Shown: positions 19,334-28,450 of the stretch, piece after piece
Layout of the letters: each line of letters starts with the position of its first letter
Numbering within the stretch: the stretch's first letter is position 1
IMG/VR virus record: IMGVR_UViG_3300002144_000072
Span: 1 to 64,000 of that record
Source: a virus
DNA length: 64,000 bases
Reading direction: 5' to 3' (one strand)
The notes under the pieces: model-generated
What the model saw: the letters and a program-made list of their open reading frames with translations, nothing else
Database searches by the model: none
What the model was told of the DNA's origin: nothing
Translations under genes and position numbers: made by a program

Positions 19334-20164
19334 ATGAGAGATATTTTATCAAAATTAGATGCTATCGTTAGCGAAACTGCACTAACAGACAACGACACCA
19401 TACAAGCAAAGCGCAACACTGATTTAGAACAGTTTGAAATCGGTGACGAGTTTGGCATCAGCTTTTCAGAAGATCACGAAATTGCCACTACTATTGTAGA
19501 CATGCTGGAAGACGGCATTGTTATCGAACTAGACGATCATGCTTTAGAAATGTTAACCAACGAAGGCCTACAGTTTTTAGAAGGCGAACTAGTAGAAGGC
19601 GTTGCCGGTCCACAAAAATGTTGGAAGGGCTACAGAAAAACTGGAACACAAGCAGGAACTGGTAAAAACGCAGGGAAGCGTGTAAACGACTGCGAAAAAA
19701 TTGGGGAAGGTTCTAATCCTGAATACGACGACGAAGCAGGAATGGCTGACAATAACCTAGAAACGATGAAACGTGCTGTTCAAGGTATCGACAACATCAT
19801 TCATGCAGGCGATAATCTCCCAGAATGGGTCCAAGAAAAGATTGCAGTCGCAAAATCCATGCTAGTCACCGTTTGGGATTACATGGCTTCTGAAGAATCT
19901 AGAAACAACGAAAGCATTAAAACAGAAGCTGAGTATCAAGGACGCAAGGTACAACTAGGCAAAAAAATGGCAGGCGATGTTAAAAAATCAAAAGTATATG
20001 TAAAGAATCCACAGGGCAATGTGGTCAAAGTAAATTTTGGCGACAAGAAGATGCGCATTAAAAAATCCAATCCAGCACGTAGAAAGAGTTTCCGTGCCAG
20101 ACATAACTGCTCTAATCCAGGGCCAAGACATAAAGCAAGATATTGGTCTTGTAGGAGCTGGTAA
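19334..20164 (+). CDS. Modular putative internal head protein
   Basis: Modules CWKGY, LPEWVQEKI and KVNFGD..RRKSFRARHNC..YWSC, separated by xxE-G/A motifs. Confidence 0.55.
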   Translation: MRDILSKLDAIVSETALTDNDTIQAKRNTDLEQFEIGDEFGISFSEDHEIATTIVDMLEDGIVIELDDHALEMLTNEGLQFLEGELVEGVAGPQKCWKGYRKTGTQAGTGKNAGKRVNDCEKIGEGSNPEYDDEAGMADNNLETMKRAVQGIDNIIHAGDNLPEWVQEKIAVAKSMLVTVWDYMASEESRNNESIKTEAEYQGRKVQLGKKMAGDVKKSKVYVKNPQGNVVKVNFGDKKMRIKKSNPARRKSFRARHNCSNPGPRHKARYWSCRSW

Positions 20165-20499
20165 TGCTATTACGTGAAATGTTTTCGCCTATTGGCGCAC
20201 CTAAAGATGAGACCGAAGAAATAAACTGGCTCGACGATTTAAAGTTTTATATCGACAACGATGATAAAATGTTAAATCGATATTTCTTTCCAGCAGTAAA
20301 GCGACATAAAGAACACAAGGGAAATCCCAATGCATTCAAGGTTTATATTAGACCTATCGAACATTGCCTAGATCATTACTGTCAAAAATATGACATTGAC
20401 GACCGTGAAAAAAAGTTTCCTAAAGAAAAACTAATAGACCTTGCTAGGCACTTCGCTGAAGATCAAGAAAAGTTTATTGGTAAAGGCGATTACGAATAA
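20164..20499 (+). CDS. Putative internal head protein
   Basis: MLLREMF N-terminus shared with 20499. Confidence 0.55.
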   Translation: MLLREMFSPIGAPKDETEEINWLDDLKFYIDNDDKMLNRYFFPAVKRHKEHKGNPNAFKVYIRPIEHCLDHYCQKYDIDDREKKFPKEKLIDLARHFAEDQEKFIGKGDYE

Positions 20500-22175
20500 T
20501 GCTGTTAAGAGAACTATTTGAAGGTGGCAGCAAGCATGTCACATTTTGCTTTGGTAGATTTAATCCACCAACACTAGGTCACGACCAGGTTTTCAAAACT
20601 ATGAAAAGCCAAGGTGGTGAGATGCGAATCTTCACCAGCATGAGCCAAGATAAGAAAAAGAATCCATTAGATTATCCTACTAAAGTAAACTTTTTAAGAA
20701 AACTATTTCCACAGTATGCAGAGAGTATTGTTCAAGACACTAGTCTCAACACTATTGTAAAAGTTGCTACCTATCTTTATGAGCGTGGCTACAGAGATGC
20801 TACGTTTGTAGCGGGTAGCGATCGCATAGACGATATGAGTAAGCTATTAAAAGATTATAATGGTGTGGAAGGCAAGAGTCACGGATACTATAAGTTTGAT
20901 GTACTAGACTTTAAGTCAAGTGGTGAAAGAGAAGACGGGGCTGAAGGCGTTGCTGGTATTAGTGGAACTCTTGCTAGAGAAGATGCTGCTAACAACGACT
21001 TGAAAAAATTTGCAGAACATACAGGTGCAGGCGAGTTAGCTAAACCGTTGTTTGACGCTGTACGCAAAGGATTGGGTATTAGCGACAGCGTAGAGGAAAA
21101 TACTATGAGAGCTAAAGAATTTGAAGTTAAGCCAAGAAACTTTGTGGCAAAGAACGCTAAGATGGGCGGCGCTGGCGCACATAGAGATAAAAAGAAGGCA
21201 GAGAAGCAAGGTGACCTTAAGCATAAAGCTAAACAGATTCCTATGGAAGGCATTAGTTTAGATGAAGCATACATTAACACTAGCAATGATGCTGTTGAAG
21301 TGTTAGCTAATCTACGTAAGATTGGTAAGTCGATCGAACGAGGCCAAGGCAGTTATAAAGGCAACTTAGCAAACGAATATGCTAACGATGTTTGGGACGT
21401 ATACAGTTTTATTGAAGCAAGGACTAAAGGCTTTAGAGACGTTGACAAAAATGCAATGGCTGCAATTGATGCAATGATGGACCTACGTAAAGAAGCAAAA
21501 GGCATGGAAATGACCCCAGGTTCAGGTAGTAATGCAAGATTCGGAAATCAAATTGCAACTGTGTTATACTCCGTAATGGAGTATCTATATAAAACTAAGT
21601 TTGATAGAACTAAAGAAGAAAGTATAGCAGAAGGCCCCAACGACGGAAAAGAAGATAACTTTACAATTGATGATATTAAAAAATTAGAAAGAATTCGAGA
21701 TCTTGAAACACTTAAGGCACAGGCTAAAGAATTGGTCAAGGGCAAGCCTGCTCGTAGAATGAAGGCGGAAAAAATTAGATGGTTCTACAATCATATTGAT
21801 ACTCTTAAAAACCCGTCAGCCGTTATTAGAATGATGTATGACTTGATGCTTGCAGGCGAAGGACATAAAGTTATTGGAAGCAGAAACAGTACATCCTCTA
21901 ATTCTTATCGAACAAGATTTGGAGAGCAAGGTGTGGCGGAAAGAGTAAGAGATCCAGAAGATTGGGACGAAGGTAATACTGAGCCAGGTAATAATTTTGC
22001 AGTATACATTAATGGTAAGAAATGGAAAGTACTTCCAGGGCCAGCAGGTGCATATGCAGATAGTCCGGAAGAGCGTAGAGAGTTTGCTAGATTGCAAGCT
22101 ATGGCGCAACGTAAGTCTCAAGAGTCTGGCAAGAAGTGGGAAGTACATATTACTGGTGAACCGGCAACAAAATGA
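20499..22175 (+). CDS. HxGH-type nucleotidyltransferase (cytidylyl/NMNAT-like) domain fused to several small modules
   Basis: FGRFNPPTLGH, KNPL, VAGSDR, ISGT.AR; MLLRELFE N-terminus. Confidence 0.75.
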   Translation: MLLRELFEGGSKHVTFCFGRFNPPTLGHDQVFKTMKSQGGEMRIFTSMSQDKKKNPLDYPTKVNFLRKLFPQYAESIVQDTSLNTIVKVATYLYERGYRDATFVAGSDRIDDMSKLLKDYNGVEGKSHGYYKFDVLDFKSSGEREDGAEGVAGISGTLAREDAANNDLKKFAEHTGAGELAKPLFDAVRKGLGISDSVEENTMRAKEFEVKPRNFVAKNAKMGGAGAHRDKKKAEKQGDLKHKAKQIPMEGISLDEAYINTSNDAVEVLANLRKIGKSIERGQGSYKGNLANEYANDVWDVYSFIEARTKGFRDVDKNAMAAIDAMMDLRKEAKGMEMTPGSGSNARFGNQIATVLYSVMEYLYKTKFDRTKEESIAEGPNDGKEDNFTIDDIKKLERIRDLETLKAQAKELVKGKPARRMKAEKIRWFYNHIDTLKNPSAVIRMMYDLMLAGEGHKVIGSRNSTSSNSYRTRFGEQGVAERVRDPEDWDEGNTEPGNNFAVYINGKKWKVLPGPAGAYADSPEERREFARLQAMAQRKSQESGKKWEVHITGEPATK

Positions 22176-22375
22176 TAGACGAACTTGCTGATATTAGACG
22201 CCTAGCAGGCATTACTGAGTTTAAAGGTCTACAGCCCTACGGCGGTAGTAATATTAGCGTCACTGGAAACGAAAAAGGCGAGTTAATGAAAAAGCACAAC
22301 ATCAAGCCCGGAACGCCCGAATGGTTTAAGTTGTGGTTTAGCAAGCCATATCTAACAGGAGAGAAGCCTGTATGA
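22172..22375 (+). CDS. Small putative head protein
   Basis: ELADIRRLAGI.E and NIKPGTPEWFKLWF. Confidence 0.55.
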   Translation: MIDELADIRRLAGITEFKGLQPYGGSNISVTGNEKGELMKKHNIKPGTPEWFKLWFSKPYLTGEKPV

Positions 22376-23340
22376 AATCTAGTGAATTTGTAATAGAAAA
22401 GAAAAAACGCAAAAAGCGTAAGGCTCGCGGTGCTGCATGGGGTCCAGGTCCTTACGGCGGCTACGGCTTTGCTACAGGATACAGCGGAGATGGTAGTGGG
22501 GCCGCTGCAGGTGGCGACGGAGGCGGTGGTGGCGAAAGCATCGAGTTTGACGAAGGCATTAAAGATACTTTAATAAATTTAGGCATCAGTGCTGCTATAG
22601 CAGGTGGTGCAATGGGCGGTTTAACTATTAAGCAAGCTCTAACTAGTCCAACTATTCCTACTGCAACAAAGATTGAAATTGTACAGCAGGCTAAACTAGA
22701 ACAGCCCGCCATTGAAAAACTAATCGGCGAGATAAAACAAGAACAACAACAAATTAAACAGCAGTCTAAACTTGCTCCCAAGACTAGCATTAAACCAAAG
22801 TCTCGTCCAAAAGACCTAGGCCAACCTAAAATTGTTAGTGCTACAGGCACACCTGCAGAAGCACTGCTAATGAAAACTGCAAGAGCTGCTGGCATTAAAA
22901 GTACAGAGCTTGCTGCGTTCTTAGCACAGTGCGCACACGAGTCGCATGACTTTAAGACTATGGTAGAATACGGTGGCAGTTTAGACTTCCGTAAGTATGA
23001 TCCCAAGTATGCTCCTAAGAAAGCTAAAACACTGGGCAACACCAAAGTAGGTGATGGTGCTAGATTCAAAGGCAGAGGCTTTATACAAATCACAGGTCGC
23101 TACAACTACGGCATTGCAGGTAAAGCGATCGGTATGGATTTAATCAAGAATCCCGAACTAGCAGAAAAACCAGAAGTTGCTGCTAAGATTGCAGTATGGT
23201 TTTGGCAACATCGTGTACAGCCGAGAGTAGATAACTTCAAAGATGTTGAAGCAGTCACTAAGCCTATTAATCCTAGAATGAACGGTCTAGCTGATCGTAA
23301 AGATAACTTCAATAATTATATGCAGGTAGCTATGAGATGA
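22372..23340 (+). CDS. Second GH19 lysozyme with long N-terminal extension, likely virion-associated
   Basis: AAFLAQCAHES, FKGRGFIQITGRYNY, IN....GL.DR; N-terminus MKSSEFVIE. Confidence 0.85.
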   Translation: MKSSEFVIEKKKRKKRKARGAAWGPGPYGGYGFATGYSGDGSGAAAGGDGGGGGESIEFDEGIKDTLINLGISAAIAGGAMGGLTIKQALTSPTIPTATKIEIVQQAKLEQPAIEKLIGEIKQEQQQIKQQSKLAPKTSIKPKSRPKDLGQPKIVSATGTPAEALLMKTARAAGIKSTELAAFLAQCAHESHDFKTMVEYGGSLDFRKYDPKYAPKKAKTLGNTKVGDGARFKGRGFIQITGRYNYGIAGKAIGMDLIKNPELAEKPEVAAKIAVWFWQHRVQPRVDNFKDVEAVTKPINPRMNGLADRKDNFNNYMQVAMR

Positions 23341-23537
23341 AAGCTCATGAGTTTATTACCGAAAACTTTGCGGATGGTAAGAAGCCAGGCCGTAAGGGTC
23401 TAGCAAAACGCAGTGGTGTAAATACTAAAGCAAGTGTTGGCAGTTTAAGAAAGACTGCTAAAAGTTCAAGTGGTGAAAAGCAAAGGATGGCACACTGGCT
23501 TGCTAATATGAAAGCAGGAAAAGCTAAGAAAAAATGA
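23337..23537 (+). CDS. Small basic putative internal protein
   Basis: MKAHEFITE resembles the T4 capsid-targeting sequence. Confidence 0.6.
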   Translation: MKAHEFITENFADGKKPGRKGLAKRSGVNTKASVGSLRKTAKSSSGEKQRMAHWLANMKAGKAKKK

Positions 23538-23686
23538 CTCAAGCAGATCTAATTCATTATATAAAAAAATATAAAGAGCACGAAGCACGTAGAGCAAGTA
23601 CCAATGAGCGCAATGCTTATTGGCAACAACATGCAGAACGTAAAGACTATGTACCGCAATCACAAGCAAGATTTGAACACGGATAA
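23534..23686 (+). CDS. 50-aa small ORF missing from the ORF track
   Basis: ATGA overlap with the previous stop; MTQADLIHYIKKYKEHEARR...FEHG fills the gap. Confidence 0.55.
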   Translation: MTQADLIHYIKKYKEHEARRASTNERNAYWQQHAERKDYVPQSQARFEHG

Positions 23687-23701
23687 TATAAATAATACAC
23701 T

Positions 23702-23935
23702 ATGAGAATACATGAATTATTAGAAACAGCTACAACAGGTGCAACGTCCGCAGGCAATATTGCAACGGGACCTGTCGCTGCCTTTAAAGCTGATAAATCA
23801 TACACAGGCTCACCTGGCAAGCCTGGAACAAAAGCACCTAAACAAGGTAAAGTGAAGATGCAAAAGCCAACAGATAACGCACTTAACAGCAAAACCGGCC
23901 TCATGACAGGGCAAGGTAATATTATCAAAAGATAA
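23702..23935 (+). CDS. Small basic putative internal protein
   Basis: MRIHELLE then TATTGATSAGNIA; TAAATA at 23689. Confidence 0.6.
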   Translation: MRIHELLETATTGATSAGNIATGPVAAFKADKSYTGSPGKPGTKAPKQGKVKMQKPTDNALNSKTGLMTGQGNIIKR

Positions 23936-23964
23936 ATACATTATAGACCATTAGGAATCAAAAA

Positions 23965-25005
23965 ATGAACTTCAAGTCATTACTTAACAAATTAGACAGT
24001 ATGGAAGCGCCAAAATCGACACCAGCTGCGCCGCAATTAGATAAAGCTGTACAGCTTAACGAAGACGCTCAATTACGTGTTTTAAGCGGACGTACTACTT
24101 ACGTTGCTGAAGCTAAGAAAAAAGCCGATGAAGAAGTTGCTGAAGAAATGAAAGTGGGAGATAAGAAAAAGTCTGCTACTGGTGGCACTATTGAAAAAAC
24201 TGCTACAGGAATTAAGCACACTGCGGGCAAGAACTACAGTGGTAAAGCTGCTGAAAAAGACGAAAAGAAGAAAGACGAAGCAGTTAAAGAAAGTTCCGAT
24301 GCACAAAAAGCTGCTCGTTCTAAGTTCATGGACATGGTAAAAAGCAAAAAAGGTCAAGCTGCTCTATCCACTGCCAAAGCACAACCTAAAGAGAAAGTTT
24401 CACTTAAGAAAGCTCCTTGGGATGACAAGAAAGATGAGTCTGTTAAAGAAAGTAAGAAAGAAGCTGACGGCAAATTACCATCAATGGCACACATTAAGAA
24501 AATGTGCCAGGATGGAAAATCTGTAGCAGAAATTTGTAAAATGCATCCCGATTGCAACCAAAAAGAATTAAAACAGATGATTTCTGATTGCAAAAGCAAA
24601 TTGGAAGAAGGGGCTAAGCCAGACTTCCTAGACATGGACAAAGACGGCGACAAGAAAGAGCCAATGAAGAAAGCAGTTGCTGATAAAAAAGCAGGTCCTA
24701 AGAAAGGTGTTAACCCATTTGCTAAGAAAACTGAAAGTGCAATGATGCCAAAAGGTAAAAAGCGTCCAGTTAAAGAAAGCGTAGAACAAAAACTATCTTT
24801 CAAACAAATGATTCAACTAGTACAAGAAAGCGGTGGCCAACAACAAATCGATCCAATGGACAAAGCATTGTTCAACTGGGCCGAGCGTGTTGCTAAATCT
24901 AAATTAGGTGAAGGCATGAAAGCAGAATTGTTTGCAGGTTTGATCTACGAGCGCAACGGTGGCGTATTTGAAATGTACGATGTACTAAGCGAAGACTCAA
25001 AGTAA
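23965..25005 (+). CDS. Lys/Glu-rich putative head core/scaffold-like protein
   Basis: Repeated VKES/LEEG/VAEE motifs; DFLDMDKDGDKKEPM; TAAATA at 23933. Confidence 0.6.
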   Translation: MNFKSLLNKLDSMEAPKSTPAAPQLDKAVQLNEDAQLRVLSGRTTYVAEAKKKADEEVAEEMKVGDKKKSATGGTIEKTATGIKHTAGKNYSGKAAEKDEKKKDEAVKESSDAQKAARSKFMDMVKSKKGQAALSTAKAQPKEKVSLKKAPWDDKKDESVKESKKEADGKLPSMAHIKKMCQDGKSVAEICKMHPDCNQKELKQMISDCKSKLEEGAKPDFLDMDKDGDKKEPMKKAVADKKAGPKKGVNPFAKKTESAMMPKGKKRPVKESVEQKLSFKQMIQLVQESGGQQQIDPMDKALFNWAERVAKSKLGEGMKAELFAGLIYERNGGVFEMYDVLSEDSK

Positions 25006-25020
25006 TTCCTCCAATTACTA

Positions 25021-25057
25021 ATAAAAAGCCAGTCATAGGTTGACTGGCTTTTTTTAT
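25021..25057 (+). terminator. Intrinsic terminator, probably bidirectional
   Basis: AAAAAGCCAGTCA-taggt-TGACTGGCTTTTTTT. Confidence 0.85.
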
Positions 25058-25068
25058 GGCTGTATAAT
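25040..25068 (+). promoter_or_regulatory. Sigma70 promoter TTGACT-17-TATAAT overlapping the terminator
   Basis: -35 in the 3' arm of the stem; TG-extended -10. Confidence 0.75.
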
Positions 25069-25095
25069 ATAGATTAACCCTAAGGAGATTATTAT

Positions 25096-25362
25096 ATGGC
25101 AAAGATGTACGGACCTGAAGAAAAAGCAAAGTTGGAACGACTTATTAACGAGGGTTCTAATGTATTGCGAGAAGTTGAAGACCTAACTGAAGGTCTTAAA
25201 GAAACTGTTAAAGCAGTTGCCGAAGAACTTCAAATTAAACCTAGCTGGATTAACAAAGCAATTAGAATTGCCCGTAAGGACAATTGGGCATCGCATGAAG
25301 AAGAGTGGAACGAAATTGAAATGATTCTAGGTGTCACTAAGAATCTTCCAGAGTCTGAATGA
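25096..25362 (+). CDS. Small dsDNA-binding protein (T4 DsbA/GapR-like)
   Basis: Size, helical pattern LERLINE..LREVEDL...KE..K, position before the polymerase. Confidence 0.5.
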   Translation: MAKMYGPEEKAKLERLINEGSNVLREVEDLTEGLKETVKAVAEELQIKPSWINKAIRIARKDNWASHEEEWNEIEMILGVTKNLPESE

Positions 25363-25649
25363 TAGAACTATTTTCTGGAACATATCGTTGGGCTAAACGA
25401 GATTACAAAGAATGGCCGCTAAGGTTTATTTTAGAAATCTCAGCTTGGTTTATGAGCATTGTTTGCGCAGTGTGGATGGGATTAACTTTACCTAATCCTC
25501 CGTTTCTAATTTTATATCCGTTGTTTATTATGCAATGTGCTGTATTTGGATGGGCTGCTTGGACTCGTAAAAGTACAGGAATGGTTGCTAACTACTTACT
25601 GCTAGTCACTATTGATATTATAGCATTGATTCGCTTGATAAGTATGTAA
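25359..25649 (+). CDS. Small three-TM membrane protein
   Basis: Three hydrophobic segments. Confidence 0.6.
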   Translation: MIELFSGTYRWAKRDYKEWPLRFILEISAWFMSIVCAVWMGLTLPNPPFLILYPLFIMQCAVFGWAAWTRKSTGMVANYLLLVTIDIIALIRLISM

Positions 25650-25660
25650 GAGAAAGGTTT

Positions 25661-25707
25661 GATCAGCCACAATTGATTGTATTGGTATTTGCGAGCCGCA
25701 ATTCGCA
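25661..25707 (+). promoter_or_regulatory. Tandem hairpins with GCCRCAAT loops ahead of the polymerase SD (candidate translational operator)
   Basis: GATCA-GCCACAAT-TGATT and TGCGA-GCCGCAAT-TCGCA. Confidence 0.6.
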
Positions 25708-25719
25708 TAAAGGAGAAAT

Positions 25720-28389
25720 ATGAGCTACGTTGACGCATTCTATGATCGCGACGAGGACATTATACGTGTCGTCGAGCGCAATGACAAAGGTGAAAGGCAT
25801 TATAAAGATTATCCTGCCAGACACATCTTTTATTATAAAGACCCCAAGGGCAAGTTCCTTTCAATTAAAGGTGAACCATTAACTAGAGTGACTTCTAGGA
25901 ATGTTAAAGAACACCGCAAAGAACTTGCAATTTATTCAAACAAAAAACTATATGAATCAGACATTAAGCCTGTATTCCGTTGTCTAGAAGACAACTATCT
26001 TAATCAAGATGCCCCCAAGCTAAACGTAGCATGGTTCGACATTGAGGTAGACTTTGATCCAGAACGTGGCTATGCTTCACCAGAAGATGCATTCATGCCA
26101 ATTACTGCTATCGCTGTCTACCTACAATGGATGCAGACTATGGTATGTTTAGCAATTCCTCCTAAGACATTATCAATGGAAGAAGCTGAAAAGCAAGTAG
26201 CAGAGTTTCCCAACACAATGCTTTTTAAGAACGAAGCAGATATGTTAGATACGTTCTTAGACTTAATTCAAGATGCAGACGTACTAAGTGGCTGGAACAG
26301 TGAAGGATTCGATATTCCGTATACTGTTAACCGTGTCACTAAAGTTCTAAGCAAAGAAGATACTAGACGATTCTGCTTGTGGAATCAGTTGCCGAAGAAA
26401 CGTGAATACGAAAAGTACGGCAAGACTGCTATTACATACGACTTCGTGGGTCGTGTACACTTGGATAGTTTGAACTTGTATCGTAAGTACACCTATGAAG
26501 AACGTCACAGCTATCGACTAGATGCTATTGGTGAGATCGAAGTAGGTGAGAACAAGACCGTCTACGAAGGCTCACTTGATCAGTTATACAACAATGACTT
26601 TAAAAAGTTTATTGAATATAACAGACAGGATACTATGCTTCTTGAGAAACTTGACAAGAAGTTAAAGTTTATGGATCTTGCTAACACACTAGCACATGAG
26701 TGTACTGTGTTGCTAATGACTACCATGGGTGCTGTGGCTGTGACCGAGCAGGCTATTATTAACGAAGCTCACAAGCGTGGCATGATTGTTCCTAATCGTA
26801 TTAGCCGTGATGAGAACGTTGATACACAGGCTGCGGGTGCATATGTTGCGTTTCCTAAGAAAGGAATTCACGAGTGGATTGGCTCACTGGATATTAATTC
26901 ACTGTATCCATCTGCGATTCGTGCATTAAACATGGGTCCAGAGACTATTGTTGGACAGTTGCGACAAGATGGTACTAACGACTTTGTTGCTGCTCAAATG
27001 GGCAAGGGTAAGTCATTCGCAGGTGCTTGGGAAGGTATCTTCGGAAGTTTAGAATATACTGCTGTAATGGAACGAAATGTCAGTCGAGATATTACAATTG
27101 ATTGGGAAGATGGTGGAAGCGATACATTAAGTGCTGCACAAGCATACGACTTGATATTTGAAAGCAACCAACCTTGGATGATTAGTGCTAACGGTACTAT
27201 CTTTACCTACGAAAAGGAAGGTATTATTCCTGGCTTGCTCAAGCGTTGGTATGCTGAACGTAAAGACATGCAGAAAAAACTCAAAGAATGTATTGCTGCC
27301 GGCAACAAGATTGAAGAAGAGTATTGGGACAAGCGTCAGTTAGTTAAGAAGATTAACTTGAATAGTTTGTACGGTGCTATCCTTAATGCTGGTTGCAGAT
27401 TCTTTGATAACCGTATTGGACAATCAACTACACTAACTGGTCGTGCTATTGCACAACACATGGCTGGAAAAGTAAATGAAATTATCACAGGCGAATTTGA
27501 TCACACAGGTAAAGCAATTATCTATGGTGATACAGACTCCTGTTATTTCTCAGCGTATGCCACGCTAAGAAAAGAAATTGACAAGGGCGCACTGCCTTGG
27601 ACAAGAGAGAGTGTAATTGAACTTTACGATACTATAGGAGAAACTGTAAATGACACATTCCCAAAATTTATGCAAGATGCTTTCCACTGCCCCAAGACTC
27701 GAGGAGAGGTCATTAAGGCAGGTCGCGAGATTGTTGCTTCCAAGGGACTATTCATCACCAAGAAGCGATACGCAGTTCTCTACTACGACAAAGAAGGTAA
27801 GCGAGCAGACAAAGAAGGACACGGCGGAAAGATCAAGGCAATGGGACTCGATCTCAAGCGGTCAGATACCCCTGTTGTTATCCAAGACTTTTTAAGTGAA
27901 GTATTGACTCGTGTACTAAACGGTGAGACTAAAGAATCTATTCTAGAGTACATTACTGAGTTTAGAACTGAGTTTAAACTTCGTCCAGGTTGGGAGAAAG
28001 GCAGTCCTAAACGTGCAAACAAGATTTCAGAGTATCGAGACAAAGAAAAGAAAGCAGGCAAGACTAACATGCCCGGGCATGTCCGTGCTAGTTTGAACTG
28101 GAACACTTTGAAACGGTTAAACTCTGACAAGTATTCTGTGGCTATTATAGATGGTGCTAAAGTTATTGTCTGTAAGGTCAAAGATAATCCAATGGGGTAT
28201 ACTAGTGTTGCATACCCTGTAGATGAACTACGGTTGCCGCAATGGTTTAAAGACTTACCATTCAATGATGCAGAAATGGAAACTGCTGTCATTGATGAAA
28301 AGCTAGGAAACTTGATTGGAGTACTAGAATGGGATATCAGTTCTACAAGAAATGATAATACCTTCGGTAAACTATTTGACTTTGAGTAA
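25720..28389 (+). CDS. Family B DNA polymerase (T4 gp43-like)
   Basis: Exo FDIE, GWNS..FD, YN..D; polymerase DINSLYP, K...NSLYG, YGDTDS, KKRY. Confidence 0.97.
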   Translation: MSYVDAFYDRDEDIIRVVERNDKGERHYKDYPARHIFYYKDPKGKFLSIKGEPLTRVTSRNVKEHRKELAIYSNKKLYESDIKPVFRCLEDNYLNQDAPKLNVAWFDIEVDFDPERGYASPEDAFMPITAIAVYLQWMQTMVCLAIPPKTLSMEEAEKQVAEFPNTMLFKNEADMLDTFLDLIQDADVLSGWNSEGFDIPYTVNRVTKVLSKEDTRRFCLWNQLPKKREYEKYGKTAITYDFVGRVHLDSLNLYRKYTYEERHSYRLDAIGEIEVGENKTVYEGSLDQLYNNDFKKFIEYNRQDTMLLEKLDKKLKFMDLANTLAHECTVLLMTTMGAVAVTEQAIINEAHKRGMIVPNRISRDENVDTQAAGAYVAFPKKGIHEWIGSLDINSLYPSAIRALNMGPETIVGQLRQDGTNDFVAAQMGKGKSFAGAWEGIFGSLEYTAVMERNVSRDITIDWEDGGSDTLSAAQAYDLIFESNQPWMISANGTIFTYEKEGIIPGLLKRWYAERKDMQKKLKECIAAGNKIEEEYWDKRQLVKKINLNSLYGAILNAGCRFFDNRIGQSTTLTGRAIAQHMAGKVNEIITGEFDHTGKAIIYGDTDSCYFSAYATLRKEIDKGALPWTRESVIELYDTIGETVNDTFPKFMQDAFHCPKTRGEVIKAGREIVASKGLFITKKRYAVLYYDKEGKRADKEGHGGKIKAMGLDLKRSDTPVVIQDFLSEVLTRVLNGETKESILEYITEFRTEFKLRPGWEKGSPKRANKISEYRDKEKKAGKTNMPGHVRASLNWNTLKRLNSDKYSVAIIDGAKVIVCKVKDNPMGYTSVAYPVDELRLPQWFKDLPFNDAEMETAVIDEKLGNLIGVLEWDISSTRNDNTFGKLFDFE

Positions 28390-28397
28390 ATTCATGG

Positions 28398-28426
28398 TTG
28401 ACATTCACATCAAGTCCAATTATAAT
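28398..28426 (+). promoter_or_regulatory. Sigma70 promoter TTGACA-17-TATAAT
   Basis: Perfect consensus, intergenic. Confidence 0.85.
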
Positions 28427-28450
28427 ATTAACATACATGGAGATTTCTAA

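Noticed and set aside
22461-23093. Long antisense ORFs (also 13195..13764, 16502..16987, 27783..28292, 58076..58624)
   Set aside because: They lie opposite well-supported genes, have no SD or motifs, and reflect codon bias.
25720-28389. Intein or intron in the DNA polymerase
   Set aside because: Continuous 889-aa ORF of normal size with no splicing or homing-endonuclease motifs.
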